Below, one piece after another: positions 1-11,942 of a stretch of 64,000 nucleotides of DNA. Every line of letters begins with the position of its first letter. Within the stretch, counting starts at the first letter, position 1. Both the position numbers and the translations under genes were made by a program. The stretch is from Lama guanicoe (taxonomy: Eukaryota), in contig MU054049.1 of NCBI GenBank assembly GCA_013239625.1, positions 757,015-821,014 on the forward strand, in the 5' to 3' direction. The notes under the pieces were generated by a model. It was not told the DNA's origin and made no database searches. It saw only the letters and a program-made list of their open reading frames with translations.

Positions 1-78
1 TTGGAGAAGCCACATTCCCTTTCCGGTGCCAAGTTTATGAATGGGATAAGCACACTGATAAGATGTGGATTGAATTCA

Positions 79-290
79 TTTTTAAAAAAATTTTTTTTAT
101 CAAAGTACAGTTGATTTACAATGTTGTGTTAGTTTCCAGTGTACAGCATAGTGATTCAGTCATATATGTATATACACATATTCTTTTTCATTATAGGTTA
201 TTATAGTGTATTGATTATAGTTCCCTGTGCTATATCATAGGACCTTGTTCTTTGTTTTATATATAGTAGTTTGTATCTGCTAATCCCAAT
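79..290 (-). mobile_element. L1 3' end fragment (artiodactyl-type)
   Basis: T-rich tail, then aagtacagttgatttacaatgttgtgttagtttc...ttccctgtgctata, the reverse complement of the L1 3' end seen at 571-750 and 39049-39440. Confidence 0.85.
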
Positions 291-434
291 TAATTCACTT
301 CTGACTGGGGCCTCTGAGGACGAGTGAATCTGCAGGAATAGATCTCAAGAGTGTTAGGCTGCATTCACAGGATGGAGCCCAAACACAAAAGAACAGAAAG
401 TTAGGTCCTGTGTTTATATCCAGAAGCCCACAGT

Positions 435-815
435 CAGGGCCGGCCCTACGGGCCCGTAACCAGGGCAGGTGCACAGGGCCTCCACTCAGAAGGACCCTGC
501 GCTAGAAATTTAATGCTCTTTGGCAGCTGTCTTGAAGTTGTCAATAATCTTGTCTTTAAATTTGTGTTTTCACTAGTGTGTATTAAATAGATAAACAACA
601 GGGACCTACTGAATAGCACAGGGAACCATATGCAGTATCTTGTAATAACCTCTAATGGAAAAGTATTTGAAAAAGAGTGTATGTCTGAATCACTTTGCTG
701 TACACCTGAAACTAACACAACATTGTAAATCAACTATAATTCAATTTAAAAAATGTGTGTTTTGTAAGTGAAGTCTGCTGGGCCAGTGGAGCATGTGTGA
801 GGACTTGGAATCTCA
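435..815 (+). mobile_element. MER45-family (hAT-Tip100) DNA transposon left arm, interrupted by an L1
   Basis: Starts CAGGGCCGGC...gcacagggcctccactcagaaggaccctgcgc...taatgctct and resumes tgtaagtgaagtc after the L1. Resembles the recalled MER45B/C consensus. Confidence 0.7.
571..750 (+). mobile_element. 5'-truncated L1 3' end with 13-bp TSD
   Basis: agcacagggaac...caactata...aaaaa; TSD AAATTTGTGTTTT (558-570) / AAATGTGTGTTTT (751-763). Confidence 0.88.
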
Positions 816-1164
816 GGTGTCCCGTGGTCCTGCCCCCTGCAGCCTCCTGCCTCCAGGATGCTCAGCCATCCGCTGCCCCTCCCTCACAAAGAACAGCAAC
901 ACCTGCTCCTGCATCACAGCATCTCACATCCATTCGTGTGGCCACCAAGCCCCCTTAGTGCCCTTGTGCCTGCACAGTGGAGCAGCTCAGAGCTGCAGGG
1001 GAGTGTGGTGGCCTCCAGCCTCTTCCCTGCGTTGGAGAAAGCCTCCTTTGCACAGGGCCCTCCTAGCACAGTGCCAGCAGCATCACCTCCTTTATTCCAG
1101 GCTCATATCTCCATGAATACATCCTCTGGGCTCCTCGCTCCTGTAGTTGCCCCTCCACTATGCT

Positions 1165-1325
1165 TAGGACCAAGTACGTCATTTGTCGGGCCCAGTGCCG
1201 AATAAAAATGTAGGGCTCCGTCCTCAAAAACCAGGAAAAAGGCACCATTAAAGGTATGAAATACAAAGTTTTTCCCTTTCTCCCATGAGTTCTCTTTCAG
1301 CCTGTCTCTTTCAACCATGCTGATG
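1165..1325 (-). mobile_element. MER45-family right-end fragment
   Basis: aggaccaagtacgtcatttgtcgggcccagtgccgaataaaaatgtagggc...ggcaccattaaaggta resembles the reverse complement of the MER45B/C 3' end. Confidence 0.6.
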
Positions 1326-1472
1326 CTGTGGTTCTGGGACCAGCAGCATCCGCAGACTCTCAGGCCCCGCCCCAGATCCTGGAATCAGCAACTTTGGGGA
1401 TGAGCCCAGCACTCGAGGTTTCAACAAGTGCTCCAGGGGATTCTGATACGCAGAAAAATTTGAGAACAAGTG
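1326..1472. mobile_element. MER5A-like hAT-Charlie MITE
   Basis: gtggttct...gaccagcagcatc...caggccccgccccaga...ttcaacaag...tttgagaac. Confidence 0.7.
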
Positions 1473-1569
1473 CTGTAGAGCTGTGATTTGTTGGTTTTTA
1501 AAGCCACAAACTAAAGAAATTGGAAATCTCATTTGAAGTTTGCTTTTACATGGCAGATAAAAGAGATGT

Positions 1570-1690
1570 TGAGAGAAGGGTGGGGAGAGGGAGAGGGAGA
1601 GGAGAGAGAAAGGAAGGAAGGAGAGAGGAGGGAGGGAAGGAGGGAGGTGGGGAAGGGGAGAGAGAAGGGGCTGGTGGAGGGACGGGGACT
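1570..1690. repeat. GA-rich polypurine low-complexity tract
   Basis: Nearly pure G/A sequence (ggagaggagggagggaagg...). Confidence 0.85.
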
Positions 1691-1754
1691 GTCCTCTGCG
1701 TATCCACGTTTCTTAGTTCACTTGATGTTCACAGCCATCTTGCCAAGTAGGTAG

Positions 1755-1880
1755 TTTTATTTCTGTTACCCAATGGTGAAGTAAGACTCAGAGAATGTAA
1801 GGTATTGGTCCAAGTTCCTGCCATTAGTGAGTGGCGGAGCAAAAATGTGAATCTCGCTGACTCCAAAGCCCAGGCTTTTT
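1755..1880 (-). mobile_element. MIR fragment
   Basis: gaagtaagactcagagaatgtaagg...gtggcggagc...ctgactccaaagcccaggct. Confidence 0.65.
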
Positions 1881-4800
1881 CCCCTGGTTGCTCCTCCTCC
1901 CTCCCTCCCGCCCTCCCCTCCATATTAGGGGTACCTGTTGAGCACCTCTCCTATGTCAGGCATTGCACACCGTCGCCTCCTCATCCGGGCCTGTGCTGTG
2001 CAGTACGGCTCCACCAGACACACACGGCTGCTGAGAACCTGATATGCAGCAGGTGTAACTGAGCAACAGGATTGTCAACTTCATTACAAACGTGGCTTGC
2101 TTTCCATTACTACTGAACAGGGCTGCTCTGGAACACGGTTTTGGCAAAGGAATGAACTGCACGTGCCTCTTCAAGAGCATCTACTTCCAGGGATACCAGC
2201 GGGAGTTTCCCACACCTGGTTCTGTGTTTAGTTGAGAAAAGGGAGATTAAGACAGGAGGGCCAGACCGCAAAGTGGGGACGTACAAGAAACCAGTCTCGC
2301 GTTTGCTGATTCTCCCACCCTCAGGGGTGGCGAACACTTGTGAACTACTCATCTAATTTCATTTCTAGTCATTACCCATCGTCTGGCGCCCTGAAGGCAA
2401 ACTCAGCGGGGCCACCCGGGGTCAGGCTGATATGCGGGCTGGCTGGTACCAGGTGCCGAGATAGGCTGAGATCGGCATCCCGCTCAGGAGGCAGCTAATG
2501 AGATGAGCGATGCTCTGTGGCTGTCGGGAGCACGAATCAGTCTACTTCTACAAAGTAATCTGTGTGTGCTGGCTTCATTTCAAGGTCAGGCCGCAGAGAT
2601 AGCAGGCTGCAGCCCTCCTATCTTCTCCAAGCTGCAGGCGGATAAGGACTGGCAGCTGTAAACTCAGTGCACGAGAGAGGCTTCAAAGATGCAGTGCAGC
2701 CGTCAGAAAGTGCTGGAACCCATCCTTGCGGGGACGCTTGGTTAAGGAAGGCCAGTCTTCTGGTGCCATCCTACTAGGGCAGGTGGACACCTCGGAGGCC
2801 CTCTCATCTTACACTTGGGGAAATCAAGGAAATCTGATCTGGTTCCCCCAGTGAGTTAGAGGCTGAGCTGGGTCTGGGACCCACTTAAACAGACCCCAAA
2901 GTAACATACATGATCAGGGCCCCTTGCTAAGAACTTGGCACCTGAGCCTGAAGCTGCACAGAAAGAATCAGAGCTCGGCTTTAAGTGGCCTGGCTTCTGA
3001 GTCGCCTCCACAACGGGTAAGCACTTTGGCAGGGACTGCTGTCCTGCTGCTTCGGGGCAGAGTGGTCTCCTCTGTGGACACTGGCCCCAGAGAGGGTGGG
3101 GGCAGAGCGTGGATGGTGGTAACGAGGGGCGGCAGTTCACCTCCCCATCTCCTGCCCAGTCCTTGCAATCCCTGCTTCACTACACCTGGTGTTTTTTCTA
3201 ACACACGGTTTTGGTTTTAACCATCCCCCTGGCCAGCTGAAGCTGTGCAATGGTTAAAGTCCAAGGCTCTTTGTCCAGCATCCAAGCCCTCCTGTGACCT
3301 GGCCCCTGCCCACCTTTCCACCATGGTCCTCTCCTCCCCGAGTCTCCTACACACCATGCTTCTCCGGGTCTCTGTGCTCGCTCCTGGACCATTCTGGGGA
3401 TGACCTTCTCTTGTTTGCTGGTCCAGGTCATTTCTACTTCCCTGTCAAGGCTTAGCTTGAGTGGAATCTTCCCGAACCACCCAGGTGAGCCGCCCCCACC
3501 CTCTGCTCTGGGCTGGCAGCCCCAGGGACTCGTCTATGGGAGCACTTATCACACAGTATTGGGATTGCTGACTTACAGGTGACAGGTAAATGGTAACTGT
3601 GATGTTATTATGAATAATAATGATAAAGAGACAGATAGCAGGGAGGAGGAAAGAACAGAAAAATATCAGTATGTACGCTGAGCCAGGCGCTGGGCCCTCA
3701 CTGCATCCTCACCAAACCCAAGGCACTTGGGTTTGTTATCACAATGTAAGTGATGAGACAGAGGCACGGGGACATCGAGTGACTTGTCCCAAACCACGCA
3801 GGCCCGGGGGACAGGGTTGGGCTCCTGTCCAGTTGTCCCTGACTTTGGGAGAGAAGGACGGTCAGGGACACTGACCAGAGCCAGATGCTGTGGGGATGTG
3901 CGGGCTCTGCTGGGAGGGCACAGAAGGCAGTTGCAGACGGGGAGACAGCACGTGGGTTCGGCCTCCTGATTCTCTTCTCTGGAACCTTCCTTTCTGCTGC
4001 AGAAGCCAGCCTGCCCCCAGGGAACATCAGCAATTGCCCGCAGACAACCCACCGTGTCTCCCCCACTCCCACGGGGTGCCACTGCTCCCCTGGCTGGTAC
4101 CCCAGCCTCCAGTGCCTGGGTGGAAAACCCAAGGACTCAAAGCCATCCCAGCCCAGGCCTACCACTGCCTGCAGGATGCCCACCAGGAGCCTGGGGAGTC
4201 CGGTGGGGGCAGGGGGGCACACCCCAAGTGGCGTGGTAGGGGGAGGCAGCCAGCACTCTGGGAGCACAGGTGCCAGCCAGACCTCTGAACGGGGCAGCTT
4301 CCCCCAGGGTCTCCAGCACTTTATGTTGAGAAACACGGTCTGCGGGGCCCAAAGCAGACAGGTGCTCTGCGATGGGAACAGCGCCCCGATGCCAGAGCAG
4401 CCATGTCCTCCTCCTGCTCCAGAGACAGCGCTCTCCCACTCTGAGACTCACGGTGGCCATTCGTGTCTCACTTGGGTTATCCTCAGCCCTGGACACTCTG
4501 CTCCTCGCACTCCAGGAGGAAATGCCACCTAGAAAGACACCTGGCCTCGGGACCCAGGGGTGGCTCTGTGGAAACGGCTGAGGTCAGCAATATGACACTT
4601 GGCCCCTAAAGAAACAGAGCCGCGGGCTGTCGGCTGCAGTGCACCTCCCTTCCCTTCCCTGAAAGCACCTGGTTTCCTGGGGGTCCCTGCTCCTACTGGG
4701 TGAAGCCTTGGTGGGTGGGTCTGTCCAGATGCCGGAGTAGACAGGCCTTTCCTCACCACCCCAGTGTCATCAGGGGAGGGCACATGGCCTAAACACAGCC

Positions 4801-6289
4801 ACTGGGCCCTTGGACCCTGAGTGATCGACGCTGAGCCTGTGGGATGGGATTCAGCCTTCCCCGCAGAACACCCACCCCTCTCTGTTCCTGGCTCTGGGAG
4901 CCCTGAGCAGCCCTGCCGTCTGCCCCTTCCAGGTTCCTGTGGGTGGATTCGGTGTGGCCCCATAGCCTCTGGCCATTTCCTCCTTTGCCAGAGCTGGTTT
5001 CTGCCACCTGCCATTGGGGACGTTGGAAAAACACGCCCAGCAATGGAGGAGCCATGAAAGACTAGCAGTTTCTCGCCAGAAAGACTCAGGGCTCCTCTTT
5101 GAATCCGTGTAGTCAGTGGACTTGCCTCCCTGGGGTAGCATCACGTTAATACCGGGAGAGGGATGTTAGCGACGAGTTACACTGCTTTTTGGATTATCTA
5201 AACTCACCCGCCAAACACGAGCATCTTGTGGGTTTAGCAACGTTTTGCCCAGAGCACCAAAGCAGGCCTGTCCACTCCTTACCCCATCCCTGCAGACTCG
5301 GAGGAAGGCCAAAGCTTGGCCTGTGGCCAGATGCCTGCAGCGCCAAGCAGTGACTGTCTGGCAGGCCAAGAGGATCAAGTCTGCAAGGGGCAGACGGCTT
5401 TCAACGGGCTGGGAGGAGGCGGGGTTTGCCAGGCAGCTGGCCGGCTGGAGAAGAGGCCCAGGTGGGAGGGAATCCCTGAATCCCAGCCCCTTCTGGGGCC
5501 TGGCTCCTTCAGGCCCGACCCGGGAGCCAGCCTGAGCGTGCTGGTGGAGAGCGGGGCCCTGGGGCTAGGGCTGGCTCAAGCCACTGCTTAGTGACGTTCA
5601 GAGGTCACCAAGAATCACAGGTGGGCCTGGCTGAGATGGTTGGGGGCGGGCGGGAGGCCACGCCTGGCCTGTCAGGGAATTGGCACGTCTCTCCACTAGA
5701 TGGCATTCACTGTATAATTTCCCCTCAGATTTATTTAAATTATATCTTGATGAAACTTTGTGATTTTTTAAAAACTGTTAAAGAGCACAGACAGAACTAT
5801 GACTCAAAATTCATGTAACTGATCTCATGCGTTAGGATTTTTGAGTTTCTATTCCATGTCCAAGAGTTGTCAAGTGTTCCTCCCTCTGGGGTACTGGGTA
5901 TAGCAGACTTGCACCCTGGCCTGGCTTTCCCTGGCCAGGAAGATGTGTCCGATGGAGATGATTGAGCCTTTCCCCGTCAATGCTCCGCAAAGGCTGCCTG
6001 GGACCCCCTCACTGCCCACCACCTGCCCCACTTTCCCTGAGTGATCTCACAGTTGCCTTCCACCCCTGCCCCTGAGCCTTCAGGAGTAGCTGCATGTTCA
6101 AAGTCAAGAGGGCAGAGATGGGCAGGGCTTGGACTCTGCACACATTTGGTGCTTGGACAGACCACTGCTGTGCTTGGGATAAAGAGGTGCGGGGAGCCAT
6201 CCCTCCTGTAACTGCATGCCTAGACTTCCCGGGCCCAGGTAGGAAAGATGCCAGACTTGTACTCGGTACCTGTGTTGGAGGGTGGCTTA

Positions 6290-6440
6290 CCCTGTGTGTG
6301 GCTTTGGAAGTCAGAACGCCCTACTGCCACCCAGCTTTGTATCCTTGAGCAAGTCACCTATCCTTTCTAACCCCCCACTGTCGTTTTTTATAAAGTAGGC
6401 ATGAAAGTTACCCTTTACCTTAGAGGGATATTTTGAGTAT
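6290..6440 (+). mobile_element. MIR fragment
   Basis: gctttggaagtcaga...ccttgagcaagtcaccta...ataaagtagg. Confidence 0.6.
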
Positions 6441-6525
6441 TGTGGTAACAGAATAATGGCCCCACAAGGATGGCCGCGTCCTGATCCCTGGAACCTGTGA
6501 ACATGTTACCTTCCGTGGCAAATGG
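6441..6525 (+). mobile_element. MLT1D-like MaLR LTR 5' fragment
   Basis: tgtggtaacagaataatggcccc...cctggaacctgtgaacatgttacc. Confidence 0.65.
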
Positions 6526-7344
6526 ATCATTTTCCCCCCAGAGTCTAAGAAATCCCCGAAGTACCTCTGACCCAGATAAAGAGCATGCGCACTGGCGACC
6601 ATTCCAGTTTGGTCCTAGGGCCACATGCTCAGTGCCTTTCTGAGTTGATGGCTGGCACGCACGTGTTGGCCTCCACCTTTCCCTTCCAGCCTCACCTCAC
6701 TCCTCCCTGATTCCCAGACCCAGACCCAGACCCTGGCCCCTTCCCCAGCCCCTCCTTCCACATGTCCGGCTCCCCCTCCCCCACGTGGCAGGGCCCTGTC
6801 TACCTCACTGCTCTCCTTTGTTTCTTCTCTCCCTCCTTGGCAGAAGCCTTTACTCCTGTTCCATAATTAACCAAACCTCTATTTTCCACTCCATCACCTG
6901 GGATCCCTTGGTTACCACCTCCTAATGTGCACTTTTAGCACAAAGATTCTCGCAGGAGATGAAGGGCCCAAATGAGACCACGGGTACTTGAATTTTGCAT
7001 ACAGGGCATGCAGTTGGGAGGGTCTCCCTCCACTTCACCCGCAGCCTGTGCCTCCTGGAATTTCCAGGATGGGCAGAGCAACAGAGAACGTGCCCTGCCC
7101 CAGGCATGGATTTGCTCACTTCTGTTCCCACTGGGCCACAGTATGCTGGCCTGTGCCCAGGCTGATCCACCCGACGGTGTACAGCCTGCAGCGTGGTTGA
7201 GTGGCCGTGTTGCTCCGAGACTGTAACCTTAATGGCCCACGGACCCCAGTGAGGCCCTCGCACACTCAGTCCACAGCCACCACTTCCCAGAAGGAAGTCT
7301 AAATTCAGACAGCATGTGACAGGATATGAGGACTAGCTGCCTGT

Positions 7345-7775
7345 AGGCGACGTTCTTGGTGCCTTGCCCTGACCCCCGGGCACTCGCTGTTCCCATCCAC
7401 GCTAGCGGCCTCTCTCCTCAAGCACCTGCAGCTCTACCTGCAGGCCTCTGAATGCAGGGAGCTCGGCCGCGCGCACGGCAGGCCAGACCAGACATGCCAA
7501 AGTCAGCTCCCCAGGGAGCAGCTCTCAGTTCATGGCCGGTGGGAGTTGGTGGATAAACCCCCTGCCTCCTCACTCCCTGCGTGAGACATCTCTGAGTCTG
7601 TTCCCGGAGGAGTGCCCACTGGAACTGAGCCCCGGTGCCCGCAGCAGCGCCAGCTCACGAGCGCACCCTGCTGGCCGTCCCCCCTTCCTGCTCCCTTCCC
7701 CAGGCTTTTTGGAAATCAACCCTGGATCCCCTCCCTGCTTGAGGCTCTGCATCTGGGGGAGGTCAAGCTAAGAAA
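7345..7775 (+). mobile_element. LTR16-family (ERVL) old solo LTR
   Basis: gggagttggtggataaacccc...ggaactgagcccc...gaggctctgcatctgggggaggtcaagctaaga resembles the LTR16 3' half; boundaries approximate. Confidence 0.55.
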
Positions 7776-8357
7776 GACACCACCTCACTGCAGAAGCCGA
7801 CCCCTCTTTAAACAGACAGACTCATCTGCAAGACACATTTACTTAGTTCAATAAGAATTACATTTTAAAACTGAGAACTTAAAAAAAATTGTTTTGTAAC
7901 CGCTAACATGATAGCGGTTCTCTGAGTTAAATTATTTCCCTTCTTCTCATCACATTGCAATGCTCTGTTTTGGGATTCATGATAGAGCTTATTTTATGGC
8001 TCTGAATCTCTGCTAGCGGTTCCCCCTGGATTTATTTGCATATGACCCAGATACTGTGTTTGGACCGTCACCACAAGGTGTCCCCACTGATTGGTTTCTT
8101 TTCTTGTGTTTACTGTGAATTTGACAATCCATATTTTCCTCTCACCAAAAGCTAAATACCCAGGTGATTGATTAGATTTTCCAATTTTCCCCCAAATTTG
8201 CAGTATCCTCTAGATTTGGCCCACATTTTCTGAATTGTGTTTGGTGACAGTGCTGGGAGGAGTGCTGTGAAGATGGCCCTTCCCAAGCCAGAGGGGCAGT
8301 GACACCTCCACCGGGGCCACCAGGGGCCCCAGCACAGAGCTGAAGTGTCAGACCTAC

Positions 8358-8445
8358 CTGGGCTGATCTCAAAAAGGTGCTTTCCTGGGTCCTCGGGGCC
8401 AGGAAGAAGTTCGGTCACCTGGGTCCCTTGCAGAGAAATAAATCC
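8358..8445 (-). CDS. ARHGAP22: ARHGAP22 coding exon 3 (88 nt): [29 protein letters not shown](G), PH domain continued
   Basis: Acceptor tttctctatttAG at 8447-8446 and donor CCAG|GTAGGT at 8357. In frame with exon 2 (KPQ|GFISL). ORF 8152..8418 shows [19 protein letters not shown]. Confidence 0.96.
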
Positions 8446-9149
8446 CTAAATAGAGAAACAAACACAAACACAGAGGTCATGAGAAGGCTGGGGAAGGGCT
8501 TCTGTGGTCAGGGCTCCTGGAGAGCAGAGGGTGGGGCCACAGGGTCAGAGGCTCCGCCCTCCAGGCCCCACCCTCCAGGCTCCGGCAGGGCGGGTTGGGT
8601 GCCCCGAGGAGCACAGACTTCCTCGCCATGGCCGGCACTGGGCACAGAGAAGGCCCTGCATGGGGTCCCCGCTGGCGTGGGACAACACTGCCTGCAGTAC
8701 CCACCCTCGGAGGAGCTCTGCCCATGGGAGACCACCTGGGGTCATCACTCCCCTGGGCGCAGAAGACCAAGTCAGGAGCAGGGAGGAAGGTTCCATCATC
8801 CCGGGGGCCCCTGTCCCAGTGCGCCCCTTTGTAGGCTTTATGGGGCAGGAGTTTTAGGCAGTAGAGGGTCAGGGAGAGAAAGGCTTCTCAGGAGGTGACA
8901 TGGGGGAAAGAACACACAGATCTGCGTGAGCCCAGTTCTGCCCCCTCCAGGCTGGGTGACATTTCATTTCTCTACCTGTTCCATGGGAATCAGCTACCAT
9001 GCAGAAGGGACCCAGGACAGATGGTGCCATAAGCCTGGTGTACTCATGTGTGTACCTTACAAGGGGTGGGTCCCAGTGGATCCCACCTTGTTCTCTAATG
9101 CTGAAATCTGCAGGCTGAAAGATGCAGGATAAGAGCAGGAAGTATAGGG

Positions 9150-9290
9150 ATGGGTTGGGTGGGTTTGAGTCCCAGCCCTGCACTTCCAGGCTGTGTGACC
9201 TCAGGCAACCACTTAACCTCTCTGAACTCCAGTTTCCATATCTGTACAACGAGATAGCAATTCCCACTTCTCAGTGGCATTGAGACACCA
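9150..9290 (+). mobile_element. MIR
   Basis: gggtttgagtcccagc...ctgtgtgacctcaggcaaccacttaacctctctgaactccagtttcc. Confidence 0.75.
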
Positions 9291-9519
9291 GATTCCTGTT
9301 CAGGAAGTCCTGCTCTAGACAAGGTGCTGTCATAACCATTTTGACTCATCCTCCCCAACCCCCAACCAGGTTAGGCAGGGCCTCTTTTGTCCCCTTTATC
9401 TATGCAGAGTGACTGATCTCCACCAAGGCCTTTTGTTCACGTTCAGATCTGTTCAACTCGGACTGCGTTCAACTCCAACTAGATATTTTGGGTTCTTTCC
9501 ATGGGAAACTCCATCCCTA

Positions 9520-9755
9520 CAGTCTAACTGCCGGGGTTCTGATCCTGGCTCAGCTACTTACTGGCTGTGTGACCTCAGGCAAATTGCTTAATCTCTCTGT
9601 GCAACCTCCCAATTTCCTTATCTGTGAAGTAGAAATAATAATAGTCCTTTATGGGGCTGTTGTGAACATGAAATGAAAATCAGTACTTGGAAAGTCCTCA
9701 GAGCAGTACCTGGCACACAATGAAAGCCGTGTATTTGCTAAATAAATCCTAGCTA
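9520..9755 (+). mobile_element. MIR
   Basis: ctggctgtgtgacctcaggcaaattgcttaatctctctgtg...cttatctgtgaagt...agtacctggcacaca. Confidence 0.8.
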
Positions 9756-10982
9756 TTACTGTGTGTCAGGACTCCACGCCGGGTGGGGGAATGGCACCCC
9801 TGCATCTGCACTTGCCCAAGTGACTGGCGTGATCATCTGCTTTATCCACGTCGTCGCCTTCAGTCCCCTACCCTTATGTGTGTTCACAGGGCACTCATCT
9901 TTCCACTCCCATCTTTTCCCAGCAGTTCCTGGCTTTAAAGGTAACTGGAGCCTCCACGTGGCTGCTGGAGTCTGGTGGTGCACAGACAGAGGGAGATGCT
10001 TTTTCTCATTTAAGTAACGTAAAGGCAGAATGGTGTCTTCACCCACGGATGCTTGCTGTAGAGAAATTACAGCAATAAACCAGAGAACCAGATGGTAATC
10101 GTTATAACTAAATTAACAGTTTCTTTCTAGGGAATCTGGAGCTGGTGGGAATAAATCAGGACCATAGCCCAAGGATGGGGAAACGTGCTCATTAGAGGGT
10201 GTGGACGAGGTCCATCACTGGCTAATGGGATGGGTGTTTGCTATTTCAGTAACCGTTTGGGTGTAATCCTGAGCACTTTGCTTTTTTCTCTCTGTGCCTC
10301 AATATCTGTCATCCATAAAATGGGAATAACAATATTGCCACTAACATTACTTTGTATTCCAGCTAAATGGAAAAGCAGTAATAGCTCCTGCTTAGAGAGC
10401 TTGTACTATATTCCTGGCTCTTTGTCTAAACTATTGGATTTAATCTTTCTAGAGTTCCCACAGGGGTGGGTACCGCTACTCCTATTTGCCTGGATGAGCA
10501 GATGGAGAGGTTGGAGAGGTGAAGTAACCAGCCCCCTGTCCCACTGCTGGCAGGGGTGAGCTGGGATGTGCACCTGGGTGTGCCTGAAGCTGGAGCACTT
10601 CCCCTCCCACATTTGTGACAGAGGCTGCTGGCTGACTTTGTGGACCAGAAGCTGCCCTGGAGAGCCAGGCTGTGACTTTGGGACCCACCGCTCACTCGGG
10701 TGATTCCCAGGGTGGCCCCATCACTGCAGGGGGCCCTCAGAACTGGCTTTCGGTTGGCCAGATCCCTCCTGCCTCCTGCCGCTGATTAACCCCACAGCTC
10801 TGAGCTCAGCATCTTGTTCAGTCACTTGTGGGTGGAGGGCTGGGAGCAGGGAACAGAAGGGGAGGGGAGGGGAAGCAGGAGAGCAGAGGGAGTCTGCTTT
10901 CCTGTTTCCAGTATGACGTTTGTGAAGGCTGTCATGAAAGACACATAAGGAGTCAGTACGAAGCATCCAGCTGAAACACGCT

Positions 10983-11528
10983 GGGTAGATCTCAGCCTTG
11001 AGCAGGTGTCAGAGTCACCCCAGAGCTTGTTAAAACACAGAGCGCCAGATCTGGTGGTGTTGCGGTAAACGTTTAACAATAGGCTCTCTGAAAAAAATCA
11101 GGCAACCTGATTTAGTGTTTGCCAACTTCTGTGATATAAATACTCCTCCCCCAATGGATGATTTCATGTCATCAGTGAGTATGACCCTGGGAAGAAATAC
11201 ACTGCAGGGCTCCTGCCACACAGATACGACAGGGGTCAACAGGCTCTCAGGCACAAGTAATATTAAACGAAGTCAAAATGTATCAGAAGGGGGTGATACA
11301 TTTTGAAGACTGATTATCTTTGTTTTTAATATAATTTATTTAATAGTAGATCTGTGTGATTTAATTTTGAATAATGGAAGTGTTTAACAACGGACTGGTA
11401 AGCATAGCCCTGGTAGACCCAGCCCTGGGGTTCCTGATTCTACAGCTCCAGAGAAAGGAGGAGAATCTGGATTTCTAATCAGCTTTCTGATGCTGCTGGC
11501 CCTTGGGAATACACTTTGAGAACCACTG
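10983..11528. mobile_element. MER5A split by a MER63-like (hAT-Blackjack) element at ~11051-11413
   Basis: Left half: cagagtcacc...gcttgttaaaacacag. Right half: tgatgctgctggccc...cactttgagaaccactg. Insert: ggtaaacgtttaacaataggctctctg...gtgtttaacaacgg. Confidence 0.72.
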
Positions 11529-11942
11529 TCTAGTGGCGCTTAGAGGAAGCAGCCAAAGGAAGGTGCCTTTTCCCTAAGTTTACTCAGCACATCAGATCCC
11601 TCGTGTGCAAAGCAAGGCTAACGGTATCTACATCACGAGGCTGTTGAATGATTTGATATTTTCCTGCTGGCCTTGGAGAGCCAGGTTTTGGTTGAGCTGC
11701 TGTACCCTGGATGTACACAGTTCCCAAGGACAAGGAGGACCTGCCTCCAGCCCCTCAGACAGTGCCCCAGACGAGAGGGGACCAAGGTGTCCCTGAGCAT
11801 CAGCACTTTGGATGGGGGTCAGCTGGCCTCCTTCCTGCAGTGCCTGGGAAGGGACCAGATGCACTGTTTGCACCTAGAACTGCACAGGTGAGCACCTGGG
11901 TGCAGAAAGAGAGGGTGCAAACGCCAGTCACATGACAGCTTC

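Noticed and set aside
3666..4532. Long overlapping ORFs (212 and 215 aa) on both strands
   Set aside because: GC-rich intron with Pro/Gly/Ser-biased translations, no recognisable domain, and several frames open at once; partly overlaps a MIR-like fragment.
8152..8357. C-terminal part of ORF 8152..8418
   Set aside because: Read-through past the exon 3 donor at 8357; not coding.
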